From positions 883,736-947,735 of the forward strand of contig OZ243041.1 of the NCBI GenBank assembly GCA_965212055.1: DNA of 64,000 nucleotides, given 5' to 3'. This document shows positions 18,660 through 28,605 of the stretch, piece by piece (positions within the stretch are counted from its first letter, which is position 1; each line of letters begins with the position of its first letter). Origin of the DNA: Fidelibacterota bacterium (GTDB lineage Bacteria > Fidelibacterota > Marinisomatia > Marinisomatales > Marinisomataceae). Below the pieces are notes generated by a model that did no database searches, had not been told where the DNA came from, and was given only the letters and a program-made list of their open reading frames with translations. Position numbers and translations under genes: made by a program.

Positions 18660-19077
18660 TTGTACATTCCTCTATATCTAATTTGCCTGTATCAATTGAT
18701 AAATGTTTTTCTAAAGGGATTTCATAGTCTTTAGCAAAAAAATTTTCTCTTCCTCTTATTTCTGTAGTATGCAAATAAACTTCCAGAAAAGGAAATTCAC
18801 TCTTTAATTCATTTCTAAGAAATCTATATGGGGCAACAATAGATACTACACAAAGATATCCCTTACTGCTTAAAAAACGAATAATTGATATCGCAGTAGA
18901 AATATTTTTAATTCTCCCTTCTTTAGAATAATCTTTATTTCTATTAATATTTCTTAAATCATCACCATCTAAATTAATTATTTTAAGATATTCATCATCT
19001 TGTTTTAAAGATTTAATAATCGAATTAGCTAGGGTTGTTTTCCCGCTACCCGGCTGACCTGTAAGCCAAATAATCAT
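18616..19077 (-). CDS. cysC: adenylylsulfate (APS) kinase, short form
   Basis: 153 aa. IIWLTGQPGSGKTTLA P-loop, LDGDDLRN and SKEGRIKNI...VVSIVAPYRFLR match CysC blocks. Confidence 0.82.
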   Translation of the reverse strand: MIIWLTGQPGSGKTTLANSIIKSLKQDDEYLKIINLDGDDLRNINRNKDYSKEGRIKNISTAISIIRFLSSKGYLCVVSIVAPYRFLRNELKSEFPFLEVYLHTTEIRGRENFFAKDYEIPLEKHLSIDTGKLDIEECTNEILNVYRKMATVA

Positions 19078-19089
19078 AATTTTATCTTT

Positions 19090-20115
19090 TCAGATAAAAA
19101 GTTGATCCCGTTTATTATAAGCTTCAAAGACAAGGATGAGTGCAAATAAAATTATAAATAAAGCAATAATGCTTTCTAAAAATCCTCTGCCAGCTTTATA
19201 TGAAATAATATGAGGCGAATCCAAAATAAATACTGTAGAAGTACTATTTTTTTCATCAATCTTTGCAATTTCTAGTTGATCTGAAAGAGTTATATATAAT
19301 TGATTATAGAGCGATACTTCTTGTTCTATTCTCTTCTTTTGAACAATCAAATTTGGAGAATTGGTTAAGTTTTTATTGCTTTCAAGAAAGAAGATTAGTT
19401 CATCTTGAGCATTCTCTAAATTTTCTTTTATCTGCGATAGACGACCAACAACAAAATCTTTCTTTTCTTTTGCTTTAATATTAGTAATCTCACTAGAATA
19501 TTTCACAATGGAATCAAAGATATTTTCTAAAATATCTTGAGATAATTCAGGATTTTCTCTTACTGTCACACTAATAGCATTTAAAGAAGATTGTTTATCT
19601 TCTAAATGACCTATACTGTCTTTAAGAATTTCTTTAGCAAAAAGCAACTTTTTCTCTTCAATAGATAAATTTTCACTCATATTAATCTTTCTATTGATTT
19701 TCTTAATAGTAGCAATTGGATTAATTGAAAAAACATTATCATAATTACTCCCCCAATAGTCAACTAAGGTTTTTTTATCTCCTTTGATATTGTATTCTTG
19801 CTCTACAACATGTTGTAATAATTTTTCAGAAGCAAGATATTCAGATACAGTAAAACCTAAATAAAGATTCTTTTCGAATCTGTCTCCTGCAAAACTTCTT
19901 ATAAAACTTAAAGCAGAAGATTGGTTTGATTCATTATAATTGGTATAGAATGATACTTCTGAAGAGTAAGATGGAGTCTTAAGAAAAAAGTAATACAACA
20001 TAAAAATAACGATTACAGATAAAAGAATTTTTAAATATTGTCTAAAAATATTAAATATAAAATAGAACACATTTTTTAAATTAATATACTCATTTTCTAG
20101 GATTGGTCTATTCAA
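19090..20115 (-). CDS. polysaccharide chain-length determinant (Wzz/PCP family, no kinase domain)
   Basis: 341 aa. One TM helix near each terminus around a coiled-coil periplasmic region. It sits directly downstream of the Wza-like gene. Confidence 0.7.
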   Translation of the reverse strand: MNRPILENEYINLKNVFYFIFNIFRQYLKILLSVIVIFMLYYFFLKTPSYSSEVSFYTNYNESNQSSALSFIRSFAGDRFEKNLYLGFTVSEYLASEKLLQHVVEQEYNIKGDKKTLVDYWGSNYDNVFSINPIATIKKINRKINMSENLSIEEKKLLFAKEILKDSIGHLEDKQSSLNAISVTVRENPELSQDILENIFDSIVKYSSEITNIKAKEKKDFVVGRLSQIKENLENAQDELIFFLESNKNLTNSPNLIVQKKRIEQEVSLYNQLYITLSDQLEIAKIDEKNSTSTVFILDSPHIISYKAGRGFLESIIALFIILFALILVFEAYNKRDQLFI

Positions 20116-20125
20116 TGTTTAGTCC

Positions 20126-22027
20126 TTAATTTGAATTATTATCAATAATAAAAATAATAGTTGCCAAGTTAGTAAGAATAGAAACTAAGTCCGATGTAAA
20201 GGCTGTAGGATTAAATTCCTGCGGATCAGGATCTGCTGGAACAAAAATTGTATCCCCTCCATTAACGCGTTTCCAACGTCCTCTTGCAATTTGATCAATT
20301 TCACCGTTTGATTTTTTAATATAAACTTTATTCTTTAATGAATTTTCTTGATATCCACCAGCAAGCATAATATAGTCTAATACTGTTAAATTTGATTTAT
20401 GTGCTACCAAACCAGGGTTATAAACATTGCCTTGAACATTCACCATATCTTCATATGGAAGAATAGTGATAATTGAATTTGCAGTAAGAACAAAATCTGT
20501 ATTTACATTACCAACATTTTCTCGTACTGTAGTAACCATGCCACTTGCGTTAGTTTCAGTAAATTCTTCATAAATTACTATAGCATCTTGATTGGCAAGT
20601 GGAGTAAATCCTTCTGCAAGATTAATTGCATCTCCTACAGTCATTCTAGATGTTAAAGGAAAACTGCCTCTTTTCTGTACTTCTCCATCAATTGTTACTT
20701 TAAAACTATTATTATATCTATAGTCTTCATATACAAAAATTTTGTCTTCAGCTTTTAATTCAAATTTATCTGATTCTTCGTAAGAAACTTTAAACTCTTT
20801 TCCATAAAACTGATTCTTATCTTTTCGTAAAATTAAAATTTCATTCTCACGAATGGATTTTCTATATACAGGATCATTGAATCCTCCTGCTACATTTAAA
20901 ACAGTTTTAAGATTCGATGCAGAAGGATATAATCCAGGAAACTTAACTCTACCAAAAATCTCTACTGTTGTTAATACATCTCCAATAGATGTAATAATAA
21001 CAGAATCTCCATTATGTAAATTAGTGTTTGAAAATTCTTTAAAGTTAATGGTCTTGCTTGTTTGTGCATTGTCGTCTGAAGTACGTTCTTCCATTGGAAT
21101 CACAACATACAATAAAGCTGAAGAACTAGCATTTGCCGTAAAACCACCAGTATATTTGATAAGATCTGCTAATGATTCATCATTCACTAATTCAAAAAAA
21201 CCAATATTATAAACTTCTCCTAGTATTTCGACACGATTAATAATTGTGGGAATATGAATAACATCTCCATCTAAAATTTTTATAGATGAAAAATCATTTT
21301 TCCCATCTGCAAAAAAAGAATAAAAGTCAACAGTAGCAATTATTTCATTATTTCGAATTAATTGTACCATTCTTAATGAACCTTCTTTTTTTACTCCTCC
21401 AGCTTGAACAATCGCTGAAAATATATCAGAAAACGGATGAATAAGATTAATACCTGGTATTTCAATTTGTCCAGAAAAATAAACATTGATAGATTTTAAT
21501 TTTCCTAATTCTAACATTAATTCTGTTGGATTATCTTTATCTTGTAAGGTTGAATAAATGCGTGACAATTCCTGAACTAAAATTAATTCAGCTTCTTTCA
21601 TATTTTTGTTAGAAAGATTGATAAAACCAACATTTTCATAATAAATTAATCCTTCTTTATTAATAACAAATTTTTCTCTTGAATTTGTTTCTCCCCATAG
21701 AGACAATATTACCTCATCACCTGGGCCTAATTTGAAATCAGGTGGTGTAGGAACATTATCAAAAAAATTAATATCTCTCTTAAAATAATTATAGCCAAAA
21801 TAACTATCAGCAGGTGCAGATGTAGAAGGCCCAATTGTAACGGAACTTGGGATTTCACTCTCTGAACTAATATCTGTTGTCCCAACTTCAGAAGGGATTG
21901 CTCCAGCTTTTAATTGTGATTTAATCAAATCTAATTCATCATTACTCAATTTATTCAAATCACCTAATGAAACCTGTCCAAAGACGATATTAATAAAACA
22001 TAAAAATATGGTATATTCTCTCTTCAT
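20126..22027 (-). CDS. polysaccharide export outer-membrane protein (Wza/OPX family with multiple SLBB repeats)
   Basis: 633 aa. Signal peptide, Poly_export motif FKLGPGDEVILSLWGE, repeated beta-grasp-like V..G.V..PG segments, and a C-terminal hydrophobic helix. Confidence 0.8.
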   Translation of the reverse strand: MKREYTIFLCFINIVFGQVSLGDLNKLSNDELDLIKSQLKAGAIPSEVGTTDISSESEIPSSVTIGPSTSAPADSYFGYNYFKRDINFFDNVPTPPDFKLGPGDEVILSLWGETNSREKFVINKEGLIYYENVGFINLSNKNMKEAELILVQELSRIYSTLQDKDNPTELMLELGKLKSINVYFSGQIEIPGINLIHPFSDIFSAIVQAGGVKKEGSLRMVQLIRNNEIIATVDFYSFFADGKNDFSSIKILDGDVIHIPTIINRVEILGEVYNIGFFELVNDESLADLIKYTGGFTANASSSALLYVVIPMEERTSDDNAQTSKTINFKEFSNTNLHNGDSVIITSIGDVLTTVEIFGRVKFPGLYPSASNLKTVLNVAGGFNDPVYRKSIRENEILILRKDKNQFYGKEFKVSYEESDKFELKAEDKIFVYEDYRYNNSFKVTIDGEVQKRGSFPLTSRMTVGDAINLAEGFTPLANQDAIVIYEEFTETNASGMVTTVRENVGNVNTDFVLTANSIITILPYEDMVNVQGNVYNPGLVAHKSNLTVLDYIMLAGGYQENSLKNKVYIKKSNGEIDQIARGRWKRVNGGDTIFVPADPDPQEFNPTAFTSDLVSILTNLATIIFIIDNNSN

Positions 22028-22215
22028 CTGCAGAATTTAGTTTCAAATATGTTATTTGCAAATCTTTTAAAAAGGTTACAATATTTACACTTTTTAAGTA
22101 TTGCTTATAATATTTTCAATATATATCGCTAATCATAGGATTATAGTCTAGTTTGGTATAGTATTTGGTATAATATATTGTAGTTTATTTTTTGCACTGA
22201 AAAGTAAAGAAAGGT

Positions 22216-23331
22216 TTAATTTTTAAACCAAACTTTTTTATCAATATATTCTCTATAACTCAGTATTGTTTTCAATACTTTCCAAGAAACTTGTTTTACA
22301 TTATAATCTGATGGAATACGTGGTTGATTTAACTTATTTTGAGAGACAGAAACTTTGATTGATGTCAATAAATCTTTCTCTTCAAGAGGTGCCATAATCA
22401 CTGTTCCTTCATCCATTGCTTCTGGTCGTTCATGCGCATCACGAATAGTTATACCGGGAAATCCTAATATGGATGATTCTTCAAAGATTGTTCCACTGTC
22501 TGAAATAACACAATATGCATTTTGTTGCAACCAAACATAATCAAAAAATCCCATTGCTTTTATATCAACGATATTTTTTCCAAATTTAATTTTCTGCTCT
22601 TTGATTCTTATTTTAGTTCTTGGATGGAGAGAAAGTATTATTTTGTGTTTAAAGTGATTAGTAATTGAATTAAATGATGCAACAATTTTTTCTAATTTTT
22701 CTGGACTATCTACATTTTCTTCTCGATGGATACTTGCAAGAAAATATTTGTTCTTAGATAATTTTAATTCTGATAATATTTTTGATCTTTTAATAGATTT
22801 TTCATAATAATCTAAAATTTCTTTTTGTGGCGATCCCGTTTTTACAATCTGTGCTGGATGTATACCTTCATTTATTAAGTTTTGTTTTGCATGTTCACTA
22901 TAAGGCATATGTATATCACTTATGTGGTCCACTATTTTTCTATTTATTTCTTCTGGTACTCTTAAATCAAAACATCTATTACCGGCTTCCATATGAAAGA
23001 TTGGGATTTTTCTTCTTTTAGCCATAATCGTTGATAATGCGCTATTAGTATCACCTAATACTAGTAATGCATCAGGTTTTTCTTTTTCAAAAATCTCATC
23101 AGTCTTTTCAATAATATTTGCTATTGTTTTTGATAGTGTGGAATCAGCACTATCTAAAAAATAATCAGGTTTTCGAACATTTAAATCATTAAAAAATACT
23201 TCATTAAGTTCATAGTCATAATTTTGACCTGTATGTATAATTTTATGATTTACATGCTCGTCTAATCTTTTCATAACCATAGACAATTTTATAATTTCTG
23301 GTCTTGTTCCTATTACAGTTATTACTTTCAT
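22216..23331 (-). CDS. UDP-2-acetamido-sugar 2-epimerase (non-hydrolysing WecB/FnlC/WbvD family)
   Basis: 371 aa. MKVITVIGTRPEIIKLS, HMEAGNR and VISDSGTIFEES are UDP-GlcNAc 2-epimerase blocks. Adjacent to a CapE/FnlA-type gene. Confidence 0.85.
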   Translation of the reverse strand: MKVITVIGTRPEIIKLSMVMKRLDEHVNHKIIHTGQNYDYELNEVFFNDLNVRKPDYFLDSADSTLSKTIANIIEKTDEIFEKEKPDALLVLGDTNSALSTIMAKRRKIPIFHMEAGNRCFDLRVPEEINRKIVDHISDIHMPYSEHAKQNLINEGIHPAQIVKTGSPQKEILDYYEKSIKRSKILSELKLSKNKYFLASIHREENVDSPEKLEKIVASFNSITNHFKHKIILSLHPRTKIRIKEQKIKFGKNIVDIKAMGFFDYVWLQQNAYCVISDSGTIFEESSILGFPGITIRDAHERPEAMDEGTVIMAPLEEKDLLTSIKVSVSQNKLNQPRIPSDYNVKQVSWKVLKTILSYREYIDKKVWFKN

Positions 23332-23332
23332 A

Positions 23333-24337
23333 TTATTTAAATTCCTCTAATTTTTTCAATAATTTTTTCATTTCTTCTTTATTAAGCCTTTTTGTGTTGT
23401 CGGAACTATATTCGTTTACTTCGCGAATTTTCTTATTACCTTTCTCAAAATATTTTTCATAATTTAAATCTCTTTTATCACTAGGTATTCGAAAATAATC
23501 TTTTAAATCTTCAGCTTTATACATTTCTTCTTTGCTGCATAAAACCTCAAATACTTTTTCTCCATGTCGAATCCCAATATCATGTACTGGATGATTATTA
23601 CATTCTTTCAACTCTAAAATAGCTTTAAGAAGAATACCCATTGTTGCTGCAGGTGCTTGTTGTACAAATATATCACCATTTTTACCATTCGTAAAAGCAT
23701 ACTCAACCAAATCTACTGCATCGTCAACCGTCATCATAAATCTTGTCATTTCTTTATCAGTTAAAGTAATTGGAGTATTTTGTTTAATTTGAGAACACCA
23801 AAGAGGTATTACTGAACCTCTAGAAGACATAACATTCCCATATCTAGTAAGGCACAAATTCGTGCCATCAGGCGCATTCCTTGATTTTGCTACTACAACT
23901 TTTTCCATCATAGCTTTTGATGTTCCCATTGCATTGATTGGATATACTGCTTTATCTGTACTTAGACAAACAATTTTCGACACTTTCTTTTCAAATGCAG
24001 AGTCAATTACATTGGCTGTACCAAGCACATTGGTTCTAACTGCTTCTAAAGGATGGAATTCACAAGAAGGTACTTGCTTCAATGCAGCCGCATGAAAAAC
24101 AAAATCAACCCCTACCATAGCATCATTTATCGATCCTTTATGCCTTACATCCCCTAAATAAAACTTAATTCTTTTATCTTTATAAAATTTTCTTTGATCG
24201 TCTTGTTTTTTTTCATCTCTTGAAAAAACACGAATTTCTTTTACTTGAAAATCTAAATATCTCTTTAGAACCGCATTGCCAAAAGAACCTGTCCCACCTG
24301 TTATTAATACTGTTTTATTCTTTAATGTTTTCTTCAT
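23333..24337 (-). CDS. UDP-GlcNAc 4,6-dehydratase/5-epimerase (CapE/FnlA/WbjB/WbvB type)
   Basis: 334 aa. VLITGGTGSFGNA and NAMGTSKAMMEK, with Met in place of the SDR catalytic Tyr as in CapE/FnlA. Confidence 0.85.
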   Translation of the reverse strand: MKKTLKNKTVLITGGTGSFGNAVLKRYLDFQVKEIRVFSRDEKKQDDQRKFYKDKRIKFYLGDVRHKGSINDAMVGVDFVFHAAALKQVPSCEFHPLEAVRTNVLGTANVIDSAFEKKVSKIVCLSTDKAVYPINAMGTSKAMMEKVVVAKSRNAPDGTNLCLTRYGNVMSSRGSVIPLWCSQIKQNTPITLTDKEMTRFMMTVDDAVDLVEYAFTNGKNGDIFVQQAPAATMGILLKAILELKECNNHPVHDIGIRHGEKVFEVLCSKEEMYKAEDLKDYFRIPSDKRDLNYEKYFEKGNKKIREVNEYSSDNTKRLNKEEMKKLLKKLEEFK

Positions 24338-24345
24338 GGCATATT

Positions 24346-25215
24346 TTACATATTATAATGATACAATTCATCAATCATTTTCTCCCAAGAAGGGATAGAA
24401 ATATTCGTTTTTTTTCTGAATGCTGTAGAGTCAAGACTTCTATCACAAGTAAAGGTACTATCAGGGTTAATATTTATATTTAGTTGAAATTTTTTATTTA
24501 ATAGATGTATCAAATCAAATTTGCTAATGGGCTCTGATGAAATATGAAATAATCCCTCTAATTGAGGAAAATCTTCAATAATTTGATTTAATATTTTAGA
24601 AAATGCAATTGTAGTTAGTCCAGAATAGATTGCATTTTTATACCCATTAATTGTTTTATTTTTTTGCTGTTTTGTCCATTCAAATAATCCAGTTTTATGA
24701 AATAGTGATGGACCAATGAACGACGTTCTTAATGTTAATGCATTCGGTATATTTACTTCACCTAACATCTTAGATTCTCCATAATAATCTGTTGGATTGG
24801 GAATGTCACTTTCGTTATAGTTTCCTTTCCCCCCAGAAAAAACACAGTCAGTACTCAAATGAATGAATTTTATATTACTATCAATACATGTTTCAGCCAA
24901 TAAGTGAGGAAAATCTGAATTTATATATGCTGTTTCAGGTATGTCTTTTTTGCATTCCTTTCTATGTTTTACTATGCCTATGCAATTAATTAAAATATCA
25001 GGATTAATTTTTTTTATTTTAGATTTAACAAGATCAAAATCATTAAAATGTTCAATAAAGTTACAATATGGTTCCGCCAAAATTTTTTCAAAAAATTTTA
25101 CATCATTTAGTTTATCGTTATTTCTCATTAAGGTAGAAACATCATGATTTTTTGAAAGAACTTTACATGCCATATGTCCTATTTCTCCAGTTGATCCTAA
25201 TATTAATATTTTCAT
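24346..25215 (-). CDS. RmlD-like SDR 4-reductase (WbvR/QnlA-like)
   Basis: 289 aa. MKILILGSTGEIG Rossmann start, YGESKMLGE (YxxxK), of RmlD size and layout. It sits upstream of the CapE-type gene. Confidence 0.7.
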   Translation of the reverse strand: MKILILGSTGEIGHMACKVLSKNHDVSTLMRNNDKLNDVKFFEKILAEPYCNFIEHFNDFDLVKSKIKKINPDILINCIGIVKHRKECKKDIPETAYINSDFPHLLAETCIDSNIKFIHLSTDCVFSGGKGNYNESDIPNPTDYYGESKMLGEVNIPNALTLRTSFIGPSLFHKTGLFEWTKQQKNKTINGYKNAIYSGLTTIAFSKILNQIIEDFPQLEGLFHISSEPISKFDLIHLLNKKFQLNININPDSTFTCDRSLDSTAFRKKTNISIPSWEKMIDELYHYNM

Positions 25216-25217
25216 TG

Positions 25218-26444
25218 TTAAAATATATCCATAAAAGACGGAGTAGAACCACCATTTCGTACCCAGTCATAAAAAGCTAGATAATCTTTGCCTAATACAT
25301 CCCAAGAAAAATAATCTTTAATATATGTTCTTCCAAGTTGACCCATATTTTTTAGATCATTTTTATTCAAACTATTTGCTGCTAATATTGCTGAGTATAT
25401 ATCATCTTGATTTAAACTAACAACCCATCCATAATTATTCTTTTTTACAACATGCCAAGGTGTTTCTTCAGATACAATGACTGGTAAACCATAAGACATA
25501 GCTTCTGCAATCACCAATCCAAAATTTTCTGATTGAGAAGGGATAATAAATACATCATTACTAAGATATTTTTCTTGTTTTTTTAATCCTGATACTTTAT
25601 CAGTAAAAGATATATTTTTTAAACCAAATTTTTTGATTAAATCTTGTAAAAATTTATAGTAACTAATGTCTTCATAATAACCACATATTTCTAATGTACA
25701 ATTTTTGTTTTCTAATTCAATTCTAGACCATGTTTTAATAAGAAGATCAAGGCCTTTGATTGGATGTATTCTTCCTAAATATAAAAATTTAGTTTTTTCT
25801 CTAGTAAAATTTGTCTTTTTCTCTTTGGGAATATCAATACCTTCTGGTATAACAGCAATTGGTTGTTTATAACCTAAAGACCTAATTTCATCTTTTTCTT
25901 TGAGAGACGTAGCATGAAATGCATCACAATTTGATAACATTTTATTTTGATTAGAAAATATATTAAAAAGAATTTTTTTATACCTTGATACACTTAAAGC
26001 CTCTTTTGCAAAACTTCCTTTTGGAGAATTAACTATTTTTATATTCTTTCTTTTCTTTACTGATAAAGAATAGATATGTGGCATTCTCCATAACCCATGA
26101 CTATGAATTATATCACCATCAGTTGTTAATTTTTTTAAACCTGATTTAAATTTTTGTGAAGATAAAATAGATTTTAGCATAAAATCAATTCTATATTCAT
26201 GAACTTTAAATGAGGGCTTAAATACCAAATTACTTTTTCCTGCTGTATGGAGATGAGTATCAATATTGTTTGATACAGCTTCACATAAAGCTGGCACAGC
26301 ATAAGAGTGACCACTCAGTTGTCTTTTAACAATAAATGGAGCAATGTGATGTACAGAAAATGAATCTATCATGTTCAATTTATGGTTGGGGTGGAAATCC
26401 GTTTCCATATAAAATAATTTTCGATATAAAATCAATGTTTGCAT
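25218..26444 (-). CDS. family 4 glycosyltransferase (GT-B)
   Basis: PSQSENFGLVIAEAMSYGLPVIVSE (E-x7-E region). The start is uncertain. Internal Met codons at 26408 or 26372 would reduce or remove the 65-nt overlap with the upstream gene. Confidence 0.8.
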   Translation of the reverse strand: MQTLILYRKLFYMETDFHPNHKLNMIDSFSVHHIAPFIVKRQLSGHSYAVPALCEAVSNNIDTHLHTAGKSNLVFKPSFKVHEYRIDFMLKSILSSQKFKSGLKKLTTDGDIIHSHGLWRMPHIYSLSVKKRKNIKIVNSPKGSFAKEALSVSRYKKILFNIFSNQNKMLSNCDAFHATSLKEKDEIRSLGYKQPIAVIPEGIDIPKEKKTNFTREKTKFLYLGRIHPIKGLDLLIKTWSRIELENKNCTLEICGYYEDISYYKFLQDLIKKFGLKNISFTDKVSGLKKQEKYLSNDVFIIPSQSENFGLVIAEAMSYGLPVIVSEETPWHVVKKNNYGWVVSLNQDDIYSAILAANSLNKNDLKNMGQLGRTYIKDYFSWDVLGKDYLAFYDWVRNGGSTPSFMDIF

Positions 26445-27387
26445 ATAAAAAATAAAGACTAGTGATAAGAACGCCCAAGTTTAAACCTGCACGATAAGGC
26501 AAACAATAATACAAGCAAAATATATAACCAATCATATTCATTCTATCTTCTCCAACAAAATATAGAGCTATAAATAGCGGTAAAAAATAAATTAGAGTCT
26601 CTAATCTGTCTTTTGTATAATATAAAGCTATAAGAAGAAATATTGTCATCCTTAAAAAATCAAATATACTTCGATCGCCACCATATGCTGTTATTTTAAA
26701 AAAAAGGTAAGGTAGTCCAGAAATTTGAGTGGAGTTTATAGCAAAGAATACAAACACTATCATTGGTAACACAAATAATAATGACCGTTTAAATTGTAAT
26801 TTAAATAATAAAGGCTTGACTTCATTAATGAATAACTGAAGTGCTCTACCTAAACATAAGATTAGTATCTGCAAATGAGAAAAAATAGCTAAACCAAAGA
26901 AAAAGAAAGAAAGAACATATTTTTTTCTAAAAAGAAAAAATAACAAGAAAAAGATAAAACCAATTTTTAACCTCTCTCCTGTAAAAAATAATACATATAA
27001 ATAAAAATTTGTAAGAATAAAAAAAGATGTTACTAGAAAATTAACTTTAAGATTATCAAAAACTTTTATTAAAAGCCCAGCAAGAAATGTATTACACATA
27101 GACAGAAAAAAGATTCTATCTATTCCTAGATTGCTTGCTACCCAAACAAAAATAAAATGAACAAATTCTACTGTGGTAATAATATAATTATAGAGTTGAT
27201 ATGCCCTAGCAATATCAAGGTCAGCTACTCCGTTATATATTGTTCTATATCCATTGTTATCTCCCCCTACATATAAATTCCCTAGAATCAATGAAATAAT
27301 AAACACAAAAAAAAGCAGTGTTATTCTCAAAAAAGTATTTTTATTAAAAGATGGTAGATTTAAAAAAATTTTAGTGTTTATCATCAT
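26380..27387 (-). CDS. polytopic membrane protein, EpsG/Wzy-like repeat-unit polymerase candidate
   Basis: 335 aa with about 10 hydrophobic helices and no soluble domain. It is the only polymerase-like membrane protein in a locus that has a Wzx flippase. The family was not rigorously recognised. Confidence 0.45.
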   Translation of the reverse strand: MMINTKIFLNLPSFNKNTFLRITLLFFVFIISLILGNLYVGGDNNGYRTIYNGVADLDIARAYQLYNYIITTVEFVHFIFVWVASNLGIDRIFFLSMCNTFLAGLLIKVFDNLKVNFLVTSFFILTNFYLYVLFFTGERLKIGFIFFLLFFLFRKKYVLSFFFFGLAIFSHLQILILCLGRALQLFINEVKPLLFKLQFKRSLLFVLPMIVFVFFAINSTQISGLPYLFFKITAYGGDRSIFDFLRMTIFLLIALYYTKDRLETLIYFLPLFIALYFVGEDRMNMIGYIFCLYYCLPYRAGLNLGVLITSLYFLYANIDFISKIILYGNGFPPQP

Positions 27388-28604
27388 AAAGAAAATGCCT
27401 TCAAAAGATTTGATATGTGTAAATTTCTATAAGATTGGGGACGATGAGAATCTGCAAGAAGGAAAAACCCTGAACTAATTTTATCTTTTTTAAGATATCC
27501 ATGCATACCAGCTTTTAATTTACTGTCATTGTGAAAAAAATCTGGACTTACTTGAACACCTTTTTTAGCCCACCAAACAATATCAGCAATATCTTTCACA
27601 GGCGGTAATCCTTCGTTTTCACAATCCTGATTATTAAGAAAATATCCTTTATCTTTTAATTCTTTATTAGAAAATAGTTTCTGATGAAAATTCTTCAATT
27701 TTTCTTTATTATCTAATTTCCACCATATTCTTAACATTGTTGAATCTAAAAAATAATAAAAATCTCTCCCTAATTTAAGATTCAAATTCTTTGTAATAGA
27801 TTCAATGATATTTTTGATATTGATACCATGATTAACATGTTCCATACCATGATCTCCCAAAAAAGAAATATCACACTTTTCATGATGGTATTCCATACAT
27901 GTATGATAGAAATTTTTTAGTTTTATATCTATATCTTCAAGCCCTTTAATTAATTCTTGTGAATGTGGCCCAAATTTATGGCCAAGTACATCTGCTGTAC
28001 TTATATATACTGGAATCAATGTCTGCTTATAATCAGAAAGCTTATTTATAAGGGTTTTAAGTCGTGAAGAATCAGTACCAAAAGAAGCACTAGATAATGA
28101 TGTAAAATATTCCCAGTTAATTGTATATCCTGCATGAATATGTTCATATAATAAACCTGATTTAATCTGTTTCGAATATTCTTCAAAATCAATTGAATCT
28201 TCTGTAAGAATAACTTTGTCTAAAATATTTAAAGGAATTCTCTGTGGATACATACTAGGGGACGATTTATTGAGAGACACTTGCCACAAAAAACGTCTGA
28301 TAATTTTTTGAAAAAATTGATTTTTTTCAAAAAAACTAAGTACAGGTATTATCCAATTTGGAAGCCATGAATATGGTCGAATATTATTCTTAGATTCAGT
28401 ATCAATCGTAATAGCATTAACAAAACCAGTTTCAGAAGGTTTTAAGCTAAAAAAAATCTCCGAACGTTCACAAAAACCACTCGATATCTCTAAATTTTTT
28501 ATATAAATACCATCATGAATTTTAGATGATAACCAAGGCATATATTTAACATGATCTGATCTAAGAGCATCAAGAACTATAAGGTAATGATTTTGTAAGT
28601 TCAT
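27384..28604 (-). CDS. alkaline-phosphatase-fold metalloenzyme (type I phosphodiesterase/nucleotide pyrophosphatase/phosphotransferase family)
   Basis: 406 aa. LIVLDALRSDH, ADVLGHKFGPHSQE and LGDHGMEH correspond to the metal-ligand blocks of the PF01663-type family. No signal peptide. Confidence 0.6.
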   Translation of the reverse strand: MNLQNHYLIVLDALRSDHVKYMPWLSSKIHDGIYIKNLEISSGFCERSEIFFSLKPSETGFVNAITIDTESKNNIRPYSWLPNWIIPVLSFFEKNQFFQKIIRRFLWQVSLNKSSPSMYPQRIPLNILDKVILTEDSIDFEEYSKQIKSGLLYEHIHAGYTINWEYFTSLSSASFGTDSSRLKTLINKLSDYKQTLIPVYISTADVLGHKFGPHSQELIKGLEDIDIKLKNFYHTCMEYHHEKCDISFLGDHGMEHVNHGINIKNIIESITKNLNLKLGRDFYYFLDSTMLRIWWKLDNKEKLKNFHQKLFSNKELKDKGYFLNNQDCENEGLPPVKDIADIVWWAKKGVQVSPDFFHNDSKLKAGMHGYLKKDKISSGFFLLADSHRPQSYRNLHISNLLKAFSL

Positions 28605-28605
28605 A

